DNA of 64,000 nt from Guillardia theta CCMP2712 (Eukaryota > Protista > Cryptophyta), in contig NW_005434641.1 of assembly GCF_000315625.1 (NCBI RefSeq), positions 611,465 to 675,464 of the forward strand. The letters are read 5' to 3'. Shown here piece after piece: positions 1 to 15,338 of this stretch. A program made the translations under genes and the position numbers. Each line of letters starts with the position of its first letter. The stretch's first letter is position 1. Below the pieces are notes generated by a model, which saw only the letters and a list, made by a program, of their open reading frames with translations, had not been told where the DNA came from and made no database searches.

Positions 1-1964
1 GTCTTGCGATAGTAAAGAGGGTACCTGATATTCATTATGACTTTACTTAAGGAAAGTGAGAGGAAGGACATTGTATGTGGGATGGGGTTGAACCGACTTC
101 AAGGGTTCTAGATTCATGGGTAGGGGTAGTCTCTCGACCTCACTCCGACGGTGGATTTTCAAGCCATGCCAGGACGCGCGTGCTCAACGTTGGGGTAGGG
201 GGGCACTTAGTGTTGGAGGGTAGTCAATAGTGTCGGAAAACACGGGTTCTTTCTGCTGTTAAAAGACCGGTATCGAACCATTTTTGTAGGTAGGGGTAGT
301 ATTGTGGGTGGGTAGCCACACGTGCAGGGCACGTCAACACGTGACCCCCGAACCGAAACGTGACTCGTGCGACACCCCCGTAATAAAAAAGATTTTTAGA
401 ACACCCAGTAAATCACAGGACCGGTGGGGTACTCGAAACAAGTAAAATGGACAGAAAACTGGCAGGGAAATTAGGGGTGGGGGTGGTAACAGAAGGGGTA
501 GTGGGAAGGCGCCCCAGTTACAAGCAGAGGAGATTTGTTTTTTGGGCTCAAAAAGACAGACAGGAACACTGAGGGCCATGGGGGGTGGGGTGATGAGAGC
601 CAAGCAGGGACAAAGGTTGTACATGAGAGCGTTTTAGGGGTGGGGGGTGATAAGGTCCAATGAATTTAGCTATAGATGGAAGGTAAGTCCTTATCGTCTA
701 ATACTAGACTTAAATAAAAGATGTTTATCAAATAGAAGGGAGATGGAGAGAAGCAGATTGCGGGGGTAGGGGTGGGATAATTCGTAGATTGACATGATTA
801 TTATTTCATTACCATGGGGTGGGTAGTGAGTGTGTGATTTTATTGGATGTTTGGGAGATTTTGAGATCTTGAGCGAAGGGGTTTTAGGGGGTGGGGGTGA
901 TCATGGTCACGAGACGAAAAATACAAGGTAGGGTGGCGAACGGTGGGGGTGAAGAAATGAGAATGCTGGTCCTGTCGCTCTCAAAGGGGTGGGGTACATA
1001 CTTTGAAGGCAAGGCAGGGGTCTTTTTCGCCATAAGTCTTTCTATAACGTGAACAGTTCTTCATTTTTCTTTCTTACATAACAAGAATTTGTACGATAGA
1101 CATCATTGACTGTATTCTGTTAGTACTAGAATAAAAATAATAGTATATCGTTCTCCTTTATGTCCGCGAATGGGTTCTGAGCGAGTCAACAGAGGGTAGT
1201 CCATGTAGATTTGTAAAGCAGGGTGGGTAGACCTGTTGAAACACGGGTTACCCAGACCCCTACCCATGCAGTGAAGGGAAAGTCGGAGGTGGGGTAGGGT
1301 AATCTTGAAGCTCGAAGGGGGTTGGTTCTGTTTGAGCCACGAATGATGCCAGAAGTCCGAAGACTGGACGGAGGGGGGGTGGGTGGGTCAAGACTACCCC
1401 TACTCACAAATAGATTTCCGGTAGTTTATGGGCCACCGACAGGGGGTACTGACTGAGGGGTGGGTACTTTAGGAAAGGTTCATGGGAAGAAAAGAAGGTC
1501 ACTGGTGGCGTCCATGGGGTGGGGGTGAGGAGGGGGTGGGGTGGTATGAAAGGGACAGAGGGGGGTGGAGCTTACACGGGGGGGCAATAAGAACGGGGGC
1601 GGGAGGGTACACGAGGAACTGCCAGGAGGCTGCGACACACGGCAGGCTACAACTGAGGACAGGAGGAACGAAAGGGCGAGAGAGGAAGAGCACTGACGAG
1701 GAGAAGGAGAAGCAGAGAGACAGCAGGAACACGCCCAGATCCTTCAACACAGCTGCGAGAGAGTTGCCTTTGATCGGAGCTGAAGCGAGGCAGGAACAGC
1801 TGTAAGAGTACTTTCAGCACAACCCAGCGCAGAGGGAGTATTGTTCGGTGTGAGGACAGGAAGAGAGCGAGTCTTCTTCGTCTGCTACACTTGCTGGCAC
1901 AGCAGAAGCTCGTTTCCTTCGGATTCTGTTTCCTGCCCCAGCATTTCTGTGTATATTCACCAAA

Positions 1965-2819
1965 ATGTGCCAAAAAGTCGAAACCAGATGCGACGAGGGT
2001 TCGCCGTTGGTCACCCTCAGGAAGATCTTGAGCCAGCGGACTCCGCTGAATGCATCCGAAGCTACATGGATCCTCAGGCCTCTCCTGATCGCGGTCGCTG
2101 AGCTGCATGAGAGGAAGGAGGTACACGGCAAGATTGATTTGGACAGCATTGCGATCGAGTTCTTGCATGACCGCTCAGGGCACCTTCACTTAACTCAGCC
2201 GGACCATCAGCCATCAGCGAGATGCTCCTCTAACGTCGTACCTCCCGAAGTCGCAGGAGGAGGAGACTGGACGGCAGCAGGCGACATCTGGCGAGTAGGG
2301 TGCATTGCCCTTCACTTGGTGCTCGGGCATGATTACGACCTCGCTGGGGTTGGGTCTCAACTTCCGATGCTTCCTACCGGCGTTTCCTTTGACTTTGTGG
2401 ACTTTCTCATGGACTGCATGAGCCCGGATCCCGAGGAGAGGCTGTCTGCAGAGGAGCTCCTTGAGCACGCTTACCTCATGGACGAGGTGGACGAACTGAT
2501 TGATTCCATCGACAATGCCCTCCTCCTCTCTTCTGAGGGCAAGCAGGAGGAGGGAGCGTGCAGGCCGCAGATTGTTCCTGCTCTTCCCTCCAGGGGTCAC
2601 TTGCTGTTCTCCATGCCTTCCCACACAGCGAGATGTCGAAGGTGCACCTGCCATACCGAAGAGTGTGGGGAGGACAAGGCGGCTGCTGACTGCGACTGCG
2701 AGTCAGACAGCAGTGATCTCTCACCCAAGTCTGCAGCTCCAACCAAGAGGAGGCACTTCGAAGGGATGGGCATGCCCGACCTGGCGGCCAAACGCCCTCG
2801 CAGCTGCCTGTGTGCGTGA
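1965..2819 (+). CDS. Ser/Thr protein kinase-fold protein, probably a pseudokinase (5' exons may lie upstream)
   Basis: C-lobe kinase motifs: LHERKEVHGKIDLDSI (HRD region), VPPEV (APE), DIWRVGCIALHL, PEERLSAEELLEHAYL. The catalytic Asp and DFG are not conserved. Confidence 0.75.
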   Translation: MCQKVETRCDEGSPLVTLRKILSQRTPLNASEATWILRPLLIAVAELHERKEVHGKIDLDSIAIEFLHDRSGHLHLTQPDHQPSARCSSNVVPPEVAGGGDWTAAGDIWRVGCIALHLVLGHDYDLAGVGSQLPMLPTGVSFDFVDFLMDCMSPDPEERLSAEELLEHAYLMDEVDELIDSIDNALLLSSEGKQEEGACRPQIVPALPSRGHLLFSMPSHTARCRRCTCHTEECGEDKAAADCDCESDSSDLSPKSAAPTKRRHFEGMGMPDLAAKRPRSCLCA

Positions 2820-2993
2820 AGGGCAACTATGCTTTGCCTGATTTTGTTTTTTTTCCATGTTCATTTCAATATTGTAGAGATATGATGTGTGCTATGTAAT
2901 ATTACGTCACTTTGGCTGTCAATAAAGTGATGACTTCGTATCAAAAACTTTGACTTGAGTGCGGAAAAAACAACAGGCACTCACAGGATCTCT

Positions 2994-4678
2994 TCACATG
3001 TGGTTGGTTGGGATGATGGGGAAACTTCGGCTCGAGTCTGAGATGGTCCAGGACGTCGGGAGCAGAGGTGACTTTGCCCCGTCTTCAGGAGACATTCCTC
3101 TCTCCCCCCCCTTCCTCCTTATGCTCCTCTGCAAGCACATATGAGACGTCACCAGCCTCGCTCTGCCCCTCTCCTCCTCCACCTTTCTCGTCTTTTGCTC
3201 GAATCCTCTCGCTTGCTTCGGATCAGCCGCCAGTTCACCACGCACGCCCTCGTCCTCCTCGACGCGGTTGCGCACAGTCTTAGTAGTCCCCAAGAACACT
3301 GGCGGCACGTCAGACTGAGAGCACATCCTCGCAAGCACAGCAGGCGCACTCATGCTCATGTCCTGCACGCGGATGGCTCTCTGTCCTGGCATGTCAGACG
3401 CGAGCAGAGGGAGCAGAAGCTGTGCCTGAGGTGTCTTGGAGCGAGAGAAGACAGCTGGAGTCCTGCCGGTCGGGCCGAAGACGCTGGGAAGTTTGTACTG
3501 TCCTGCGTGCAGCAGTTGAGCGGCGGCAGGAGGTGCCGGGCAGTTACCGATGGGGATCATGCTGGAGTCGGAGTAGAGAGTGCCCGAGGTGAATCTGCAT
3601 TACGTGAAGGTGACGAGGAGAGGAGAGGAGAACAACGAGGGGCAGAAGGAGGAGGAAGAGCACAGAAAGAGTAACAAAGGGCACAGCAGGTGGGCAGGAG
3701 AGGAAGGAGGAGAAATCAGGGGCAGGGAGGAGCAAGGAGGAGAAGGGGAGGAAGGCGGAAGGGAATGACAGAGAAGGACCTGCACTGCGGGTCGAAGTTC
3801 GAGTTCGAGTGGAGGCCGAGGCGTTGCCTCCTGCTGCCTGCAAACGCCGGCTTCTCGTCAAGCAGCACGCGGGAGACGTATCCTGACGTCCATCCGGCCC
3901 TCCGAGAGACCTCGGCCGCGAGTCTTCTTGGCTGTAGCTGCTCCGTCGGTTTGTGGACCTGCGAGGACTTGGGCTTGTTCTTCCACCAGCAGCTCGCGGT
4001 GGACAGGGTGCTCTAGAGCAGAGTCACGAGCTACCAGGACAGCAAGCAGGAGCTCGTACGTAGAGTCTGGTGGTTGAGAACCGTTCCCCGTGCAGCTGCT
4101 CCAGCAGGGTGTCGTCGAGCGTCGCATGCGAGGAGGCGGCGTCTTCATGCTCCTGTCGCTGACGGCCTCGCTGAGCTTCCTCCTGCTTCAGGAAGGCAAA
4201 CGTCTCCCTCTCCATCCTCGGCAGCGCCCCTGAGCTCTGCTCCTCGGGTGATGGCAGCGAGCAGATGAAGTCTAAGGGGACAGTCAGACGGTCGCCACCA
4301 ACACTCCGACCTTCCTTCATCCGGTGAGTCCAGCAGGAGGTGCTGCAAGGAAACTTCCTGCAGCTCTTGGCCTCTCTCTAGAGATTCTTGGGAGAAAGAT
4401 GAAAATCTGGGCATGCGCACCTCCATCTCCCTCCTCCCTTCTTGTTCCAGCATCTAAGACAGGCAGGAGATGGCGATCAAACCAGTCTCTTCATGTCTCT
4501 CTTCATGTCCCTGTTCATGTCCCTGTTCATGTCTCTCTTCATGTCTCTCTTCATGTCTCTCTTCATGTCTCTCTTCATGTCTCTCTTCATGTCCCTGTTC
4601 ATGTCTTCTTTCTTCCCCTTGGCTCCCCGCTGCTGTCATGTTGCACCTTGTGGCCCCACGACATTCCAGCAGCGTCAA
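2994..4678 (-). CDS. Hypothetical multi-exon protein; boundaries approximate
   Basis: Chain of overlapping minus-strand ORFs (4454-4678, 4145-4453, 4024-4320, 3858-4148, 2994-3560) with coding-like composition; no recognisable domain. Confidence 0.35.
4486..4605. repeat. 12-bp tandem repeat (CTCTTCATGTCT/CTGTTCATGTCC), about 10 copies
   Basis: Directly visible; reads as (RHEE/GHEQ)n on the minus strand. Confidence 0.9.
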
Positions 4679-5806
4679 GGAGGGAGAGCAGGTTTTACCT
4701 TGTTCGATCGCATGTTCACCTCATTCATGCTCAAAAAACGTTCACGTCATTGATGGATGAGATTCAGCTCCTAGCAAGCACCGTGTTGGTCATCTCAGCT
4801 CTCCCCCTGCTGAACAGAGCGTCACTAACTTCACCTCGTTGTCACGGCATCTTCTCAGATTCACTGTGATCCTAACTTGATGACTAATCAAGTTGTTATG
4901 CTACTGCTGAAAAGAGTCTCACAGTCTCTCTAATTGCTGCATGCTAGGCTGACCCTCCCGCTATCACCCCGCTGCGCCATGCAGCGGTCTGCCTGGCTGT
5001 AGCTGCGGCCCCCGGGTTAGGGGCCCGACTCGGACCAACGTAGGGTGCAGTGCTACCGCCGCGAGACGGAGAGGCGGCCCCCCGTACGGTAGCACTCACT
5101 GACTCTCAGCAGCTCTCAGTCTTCGCGCTCGCCCTTCATCGCCCTCGGTCGCCATCATCGCCATGAGGTGCCAGGGCGGTCGGGCGCTACCGTTGGTCGT
5201 TTGTTACTGAGAGGGATGGTGACTTGTATGACTGATAGATAACAGGGTATGATTGATAGATAGCCACGTATACTTATAGATATAATGTTTAAGGCTCCAA
5301 GGCTTTTCATCGAAGCCTCTAAAAAGAGAGTAGATGATCGTAAAGCGAGTTCACCTCAATAAAACAATATTGACTACAAGAAGACAGAGAGTAGCTATTA
5401 TACATAAATAGTCCTGCCTTAGTGGGGAATTTGTCATCCACGTGGAGGCGGACTCGACGGTTGGCCCACAGCTACGGGGGATATGGAGGCAGAGCAAGGA
5501 GAGGGCGAGAGAGGGAGAGAGGGAGAGAGGGAGAGAGGAAAGCAGAGCAGAGGAGCTACACGACCATAGCACAACCAGGCATCAACAGGAAGAGGAGAAA
5601 CATGTGTGGATAACGTGGCGGATGCTTGCGATGCGGGGGAAGGCGAATGCGAACAAGTTCAGGGACGTGGACAAGTCAACGCTCTCGGCGACCACTCAGC
5701 GGGCCGTGACAAAGTCGTCGGGCATGGCAATCACATAAGCAAGACGCCTGACTGAGACTGACCGTCGTCGGCATTCTGCGGGAGCAAGTCTAACCCCGTG
5801 AAGTAG

Positions 5807-8761
<2,955 letters not shown>

Positions 8762-9083
8762 AGCATCGCAAACCTCACCAGGACTCGAATGTCTCATTGC
8801 TCGGAATGTGATGCTCCTGCGCTCATGTTATTGTTTATCTGCCATAGTTACGGTCACGTTTCAGACCAACTTGAGATTCATTTCTAGATGTCAAACTGTC
8901 AATAGCAAGCATGATGTATGTACATGAACCTCCTCCCCCACCTACCCCCCTTTACTACTATCCTTATAAGTATCCTACCACCCCCTGCACCATTTCCCCG
9001 CCAAAAAAAGTTTGTGGCTCGGCATCAGTTGACCATGGCCATAGCCGGGAATTCATGAGGAAGAAGATGCGCATGATGAGCTT

Positions 9084-10340
9084 GTGAGACTGAAGGCTAG
9101 TCGTACATCAGTGCGAGATTTCATATCACTTGAGTATTCAGACTTTCACTGTGTTTATCCTTTCTCTCTTGAATCTTTACATCCCGAAATGCTTTCTTTC
9201 GGATCTTTTGCTGCTGTTTCGGGGAAGTGTGATGAAGAGACAAGTCAGCGCTCGTTCAATCTATTCGCACAGAGCAATGAGCAAACGGAATCTAAAGATG
9301 CAAACTCAATCAATCCAATGAACTTTTCACTAGCTCCTGATCGCATATTCAATTCTAGCAGTCCAAAGAAGGAAGGGGACGAAAAGCAGCTCGATTTTTC
9401 GTTCGCTTCGCTCCAGCAAAAATCAGTTTGCAGCAATCCATCCAATCTGCATTCAAACATATTCAATTCACCAATCCCTGTCTCCGAGAAGCCTCCCAGA
9501 TATCCTGGCAATCCTGGAAAAACGCAACAGAGCCATATAAAGAGGACTCTGTTGGACACTTCTTCTGGAGTAGATGATGATGGTGGTAACAGATCTGAGA
9601 TCAATATGTCAGAAAATAGTCTAGAAACCATCGAGGAAAATAGTGCCGATCCGATTCCAGAGCTTCCATGCCCTGGCCCTTCTGTATCACAAGACTTTTC
9701 ATGTTTACTGAAGCTCAATCTCGCAGCTCCCAAAGTAATGATTTATTCCTGATTTATTTATTCTTTATTCCTTCCTCGAAAAATAGAAAATTGACATCGT
9801 CTTCAGACCAGCAATCAGAATGCAAAAGAGGATCTGATGACTGAATTTGCTTTCAAAAGCTCTGAAGATCGAGAAGACGTCTCCAAAAATTATCTTATTA
9901 GCCAATCTAAATCAGCACCAAAGCTGAAGGATCAAGATTCGACAATGGATGAATGCGAAGACTGTTCTGAGAGGTAATGATCAAACTGGTTTCTTATGTT
10001 TTCATTCAACTGCATTATCTAGTGCTGAAAGCTGGGATAAGAAAATCGAAGAAATGTTGGTATCAACTTCAAAGTCAGAGAATTCCTTGAAGGAATTGCA
10101 CGCATCGATCGATGAAGCGAACGAACAAGCCGAAATGCTTCTGCTTAGAGTCTCAGCGCACACAGCTGAAATCTGTTTCATGACTGGACCACACATGCGA
10201 GACATGATCGAACGTCGTTTGGATGAGCTAGACAGCCTTGTGAATGAGAAAGAGGTTAATTTGGGTCCTTGTGATATCTTGCACTGATTGCACTCCATCA
10301 GCAAGAAGGGATTAAGCTGGAGTGTTCGGCATTGGTAGAT
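9084..10340 (+). CDS. Hypothetical protein: Ser-rich N-terminal part, coiled-coil C-terminal part
   Basis: ORFs 9084-9752 and 9949-10287 separated by intron-like AT-rich gaps; heptad-like LKELHASIDEANEQAEMLL. Confidence 0.45.
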
Positions 10341-10478
10341 ATGCAAGAGTAGACGACATTGTATGCTTTGGGCTTTTCTCGGGTTCCAGACTCTTGTTTG
10401 GATTCATCAAGAGCTAGAGCGAAATAAACTTTAGTGGCTGACTGGAATGCTGCTCCAACCAAGCAAAATTCAAAGTTC

Positions 10479-12423
10479 TCAGTTCTCATTGTCGCTGTCT
10501 GAATCAGCTTCCGAATCGGAATCATGCCAAGCGTCGGAGGAGAAGTTTCCACGCTGCAGACGCTTCCATGAACCCAAAGCAAGTCTATCTTTCTCTTCGC
10601 TACTCAACCCGACCGGGATGGACCAAACATCGTCAAGCGTCACCTCCTGCTTGCAAGTGAGCCAAGAAGATGTCTGGGCTCGCTCACCTTCTCTTTGTTG
10701 TTCTCTGACTTCTCCTCTCGAACGCCTCCGAACATAAAGATTTGCCCCAATTTCGAATGCACAATCTACGCAAGGATGACCCAAGATGAGAAGACCAAGG
10801 GTATTTCAAACCTGGGCGTTTCTCCTTCCCATTGGCTTCGGCTCCTCAGCAGGGTTTCCTTGGGACGTTCTCTCGGCCTTCGGGATGCTCCATTGCCTCG
10901 CGTCCATGTTGAAGCAGAAGAAGTCGGCATGGAAGGAAGAGGTCGGCTTGGAACCTGCTCATCACTCAGCCAGTCATGGGCGCGGCCACAACCCTCTTGA
11001 CCTTGCGGGGCGACTTGATCGGAAACGCCTCCAAACAGCACGGCGTCTCTCTTCGCCTCTCCCACCAGAGTCACGGCAAGCCCACTGTGGGCAGACTCAG
11101 CACTGAACAACCAACGTGGCAAGGCACCACCTCCTCTGACCCGGATGCTGTCCTTTGGCATCCGTCACGCGCTCCCAAGTGTAACTAGAGGCGTCGAGTC
11201 TCCAAAGGTCTTCGAGAGTTTCTGCCCGTAAGATCAGCGAGGAGAGGACGAGGGAGGATCGATTGCTCTCGGGCCACCTGTATCGTTCCTCCCCCGAGCT
11301 CTCGTCCCTCCGTAAATGAAGATTCCCTGATGGATGTAAGATGCTTCCTCTCTCCCTCATAGCATCATCACGTCTTCCTTGTCGTTCCACATCACATACC
11401 CGCTGGAGTTGGACATCAGTGACTGATTGACCACCGGGACCTCACTCTCACCTGCGAGGACCAGGAGTCGGGCTGTTGTTCTTCTTCTGCAGGATCTGAA
11501 CGGTTCGACTGATCCACTTTTTCTGGTCCACGTCGAACACCTTGAAAGTTATGGTCAGCAGCAGCAGATCAAGAGCAGGAGGAGACAATGTTGGAGTACA
11601 TGGAGATCTTGAAAGTACTTGTCGTCGCCCATCCCACCATAGATGAAGATCTTCCCCTCGATCGCTGTCATTCTCGCCCCGCTCCGCGGCCCAGGCGCAT
11701 CCTTGTCCTCCGAGATTTTCTGCCATTTCCCCGTCGAATGGGCTGAGAGGTCCAACCTCCAAAGGTCGTTGTACAACTTGAACTTGGAGCCGTTGGGCGA
11801 CGAGCTCTCACCCCCGAAGACGAAGAGAGAGTCTCTGCAGATGCAAGCTTGATGAGCCGACCTCGCACTCGGGGTGTTGCCCTCCGGGAAGTTCTGCCTT
11901 GACCAAGAGTTGAGGAGGAGGTCGTAGAGGTACAGCTGGTTGTAGAAGAGGTTCTTCTTGCCGTCATAGTGCTCTCCCCCAAACATGGCAGCCTTTGACC
12001 CCTCGACTTGGCCAACGTTCTCCAAGAGCGTCACACTGGCATAGGACCTTGCGCTCGGTTCTTCTACCACGCAGTTTGCAAAGAGCTTTGCGGGGGCTTC
12101 TGAAACTGCAGATTCCTCCCCCGGGGCGTTCTCACCCGACGCAACATGTGCAGACGAACAAGGGTCCTGCTGCAGGTCTGCCATGGCCTGTAGGACACCA
12201 CTTTGATCAGTCTGAAAGCTGAATGCTGGTCATTCACCTTCTTGACTCGCTTCTCCGAGAGCTCCCACCCCCTCTCTTCCTTCAAGGTGTTGCGTATCCG
12301 CGCGATGCCGAAGTCCGGGTGCTCTTCCTTCAGCTTCGATACATGAGCGCATGAAGGCAGGTAGTCCCAACGCCTCACCTTCCTCACAGCGGCAAGAAGG
12401 TCTTCATGGCTGGGTGTTGACAT
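10479..12423 (-). CDS. Kelch-repeat protein (KLHDC4/Kel3-like), multi-exon
   Basis: PSARSYAS..MFGGEHYDGKKNLFYNQLYLYD, PSARSAHQA..LFVFGGESSSP..LYNDLWRLDL, PGPRSGARM..IFIYGG, VLFGGVSD; acidic C-terminus DSDSEADSDSDNEN*. Confidence 0.85.
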
Positions 12424-15338
12424 CTCCTTTCCTGACAAACATTGTGAGCTATCGTCGGGTCCCGCCATCCTGTCTGCTCGCAGATCTGATCTCAGTGGAG
12501 CCCCTCTCATCGACTCGTTGCTCAGAATCAGACCCTCCCTTCCTAATCTCTTCACTTACAAAGAACCATCCCCAGGGGTCGTTCAGACCTTCACACCCGT
12601 GCTACTTGCATGACGTCAACTCCGCTGACTGGCTTCCTGCACCATGTACTCTCGATTGCAGCCCCCCCCTCATCTTTCCTGGGCCTCAACCCTCATGGTC
12701 CTCCGATGCACATTCCGGCCTCCGGTCTCCCAGCTTCCGTCGGTTCACACATTCCAAACCGTGAGTGCTGCCTCGAGTCACCACGGGCCGGCCGGTGCGG
12801 CCTGGAACATACAAAAAGGTGGGGTGGGGGTACGGACAAAATCTCTATTTCCAGAGGAGTAGGGTGGTAGTTGTTTGCTTATGGGTCCTAGGAGTGAGAA
12901 AACTTGCCCCTACCCTTTGCAGGTATTCTACTTACCCCACCCTACCTACTCAAAATACATTTCAAATGACCCCCTACCCACTGCGAATACTACAATACGG
13001 ACCCTACCTCCAACGGTGAACCCTTCAAAATCCCTCAGTACCGCTCAGGAGATCTCGTGAGCATAGATCACAATGTTTCAAGGGAGATTTGTACCGGAGT
13101 TATCACTATAATGAAATCTCAAGCGAGATTGGGTATCCCGTCGGAATTCAGTGGGTCGTATATCGAACCATTGTAGAATTGAAACTTTTCAAGGTACATT
13201 CAATTAGCGAAAAGGATCAAGTTTGAGAACATCTAAAATCGAGATCTGTCAGCATCGATCTCGCAAAGGTTCAGATTTATTTCCGTCGAATGGCCGCACC
13301 CACATGCTATCAAAAGTTCGTATTCCGCCCCTTTTGATCAGTTTTCTCAAGGATTTGACGAACTTTGTGAGGGTTGTAGATAAATTGTTCACGAAAAGTA
13401 CGGTATAATATCGCCAACCAGGGTTGTCCATAGCTGATCGCCCGACCAACCCACTCGGCCACCTCGTGAAATCCCTTTCAAAGTAACAAAACCCCACCCC
13501 TACCCCCATGTGAATCTCGAAGTCTACCCGTAACTTTCCCAGGACCCCCCTCAACATTGCTACCCAAACAAACCGTATCTTGGTTTCCTTGACCCCACCC
13601 CTACAGGGAACATTACGACCAAAAAACAAAGGTCGCTTCCTCTGCACGAACGGGTACTGACATGGTAAAGTGATGGGGTACAATAGGTCGGGTGGTGGGG
13701 TCGCAGCAGGAGTCATAAGTGGGACATACAAGGATGTGGGGGCGACAAATCTCAACTAAAATACTTTTCTTATTCTTAAATATACTTTTAGAATCAAAAG
13801 GATTTAATAGATTTTTTTAAAAAAAAAGATATAGTTGGTTTAAAACTATACAATGGGCTTCAAAACGTTCTAGCAATAAATGTAGTACCAAGTATATATT
13901 AGTTTTAGTTCTGAGAATAAGATTCGAAACGTTCCTTTTTCGGCTCTCTAAAACAGTTGTTAGGTCGCGAGACTCAAGGCTGTCGCCAGACCCGCGTGAC
14001 CACCCACCCTTCAGTCATCCTTGACCCCCACCCCCCTCTCCGACAGCTTTCTACACCTGCTGTATGGACAGACACCCGTTCTTTTGTCAATTCAGATTAG
14101 AGCACCCCTACCATTTCTCATCCACCCGTACGACTTACAAACTCCATGAAAGCCTACCCACCCCTACAGCCAGAGGAACATGTTCAACCCACAGCGGTTC
14201 TATCTGCCTTCTGCCGAATTCGTTCCTTGTGACCCCTATCATCTGGTGACTTGATGTGTTTGGGGAATGTTCCCTCCATACCGCCTCTCTTGTCACTTCA
14301 CAACTTTGTCCCCACCCCTACCTGATCCCCTGAAATTCCTACCCCCTTTTTCTGAAATCTGCCCCCTTTTCACCCCTGGTGAGTCACCCCCACCCCTTAG
14401 TTTCTAAATACATCATCGGCTACCCGTCAATCTATTTCCAACTTGTCAGGCACCCCCGTTTCTTGGCTGGTCCCCAATTGCCTTTCGACGGGGTGGTTTT
14501 GTGAAGGTGGGGTGATCTCCAATATCACCAAATTGGCTCCTATACCCCGTCAAATGCTCTGAATTGGTACAAATATATCAGTCACTTTTCTCATGAAATC
14601 AATAAATAGTAATGGAATCTGAGGGCGCATTCAGAGTTGTGTAAAATATTTCAAATTTGTACCTAAAGTTTTGTAGTTTACTCAATAAAGAGTAAATTTA
14701 GTACTGTACAATCAATGGGTCATGGTGGGTCTTTTCTGTGGGTCATGCAGCAGATTGAAATGCAATAATGGGGTATATTTTTAAGAGAGCCGACAAGATT
14801 TTTGAGAGTGGGGGGGGGGAGGGGGGGTGGTTGACGAAGGGTAAGGGTACAGGGTGGGAAAGATGCAAAAGATGGCAATGGAAAGCGAGACATTGGAGTG
14901 GGGGAAGACGTGGAAAGAGGGAGAGATTAGACCAAGTGTGTTCACATTGAGTTGGTTTTTTATTTCGTATCAGTTTGTTGAAGTGTACTGGTATTGAGAT
15001 ATGGAGAAACATGGGAGTTTGGACTCATAGTTGTAACTAGGAACAACCTATTTTGATTTGGCAAGGTTTCCTTGTATACAGAGTCTGTTGATGTTGCCGG
15101 GTTGAAAAATAGTTCTTGTTAGATAGTATTACAGAATTCGAGTTGTCAGGAATAGTTTACCGAGAAAACGGTGACTTGTGGCTGAATGATTCTCGCAGGT
15201 TTACAGCAGCGGTCAACTGGAATGTGTTTTGCTGAAGCGATTCAGCCAGACTTATTCAAAATCCCCTAATCTCCTTCTTGAGACAATCTTTCATCCGACA
15301 ATACAGCAGGAACATCTCACAAATACTCTTTAGTCTAG

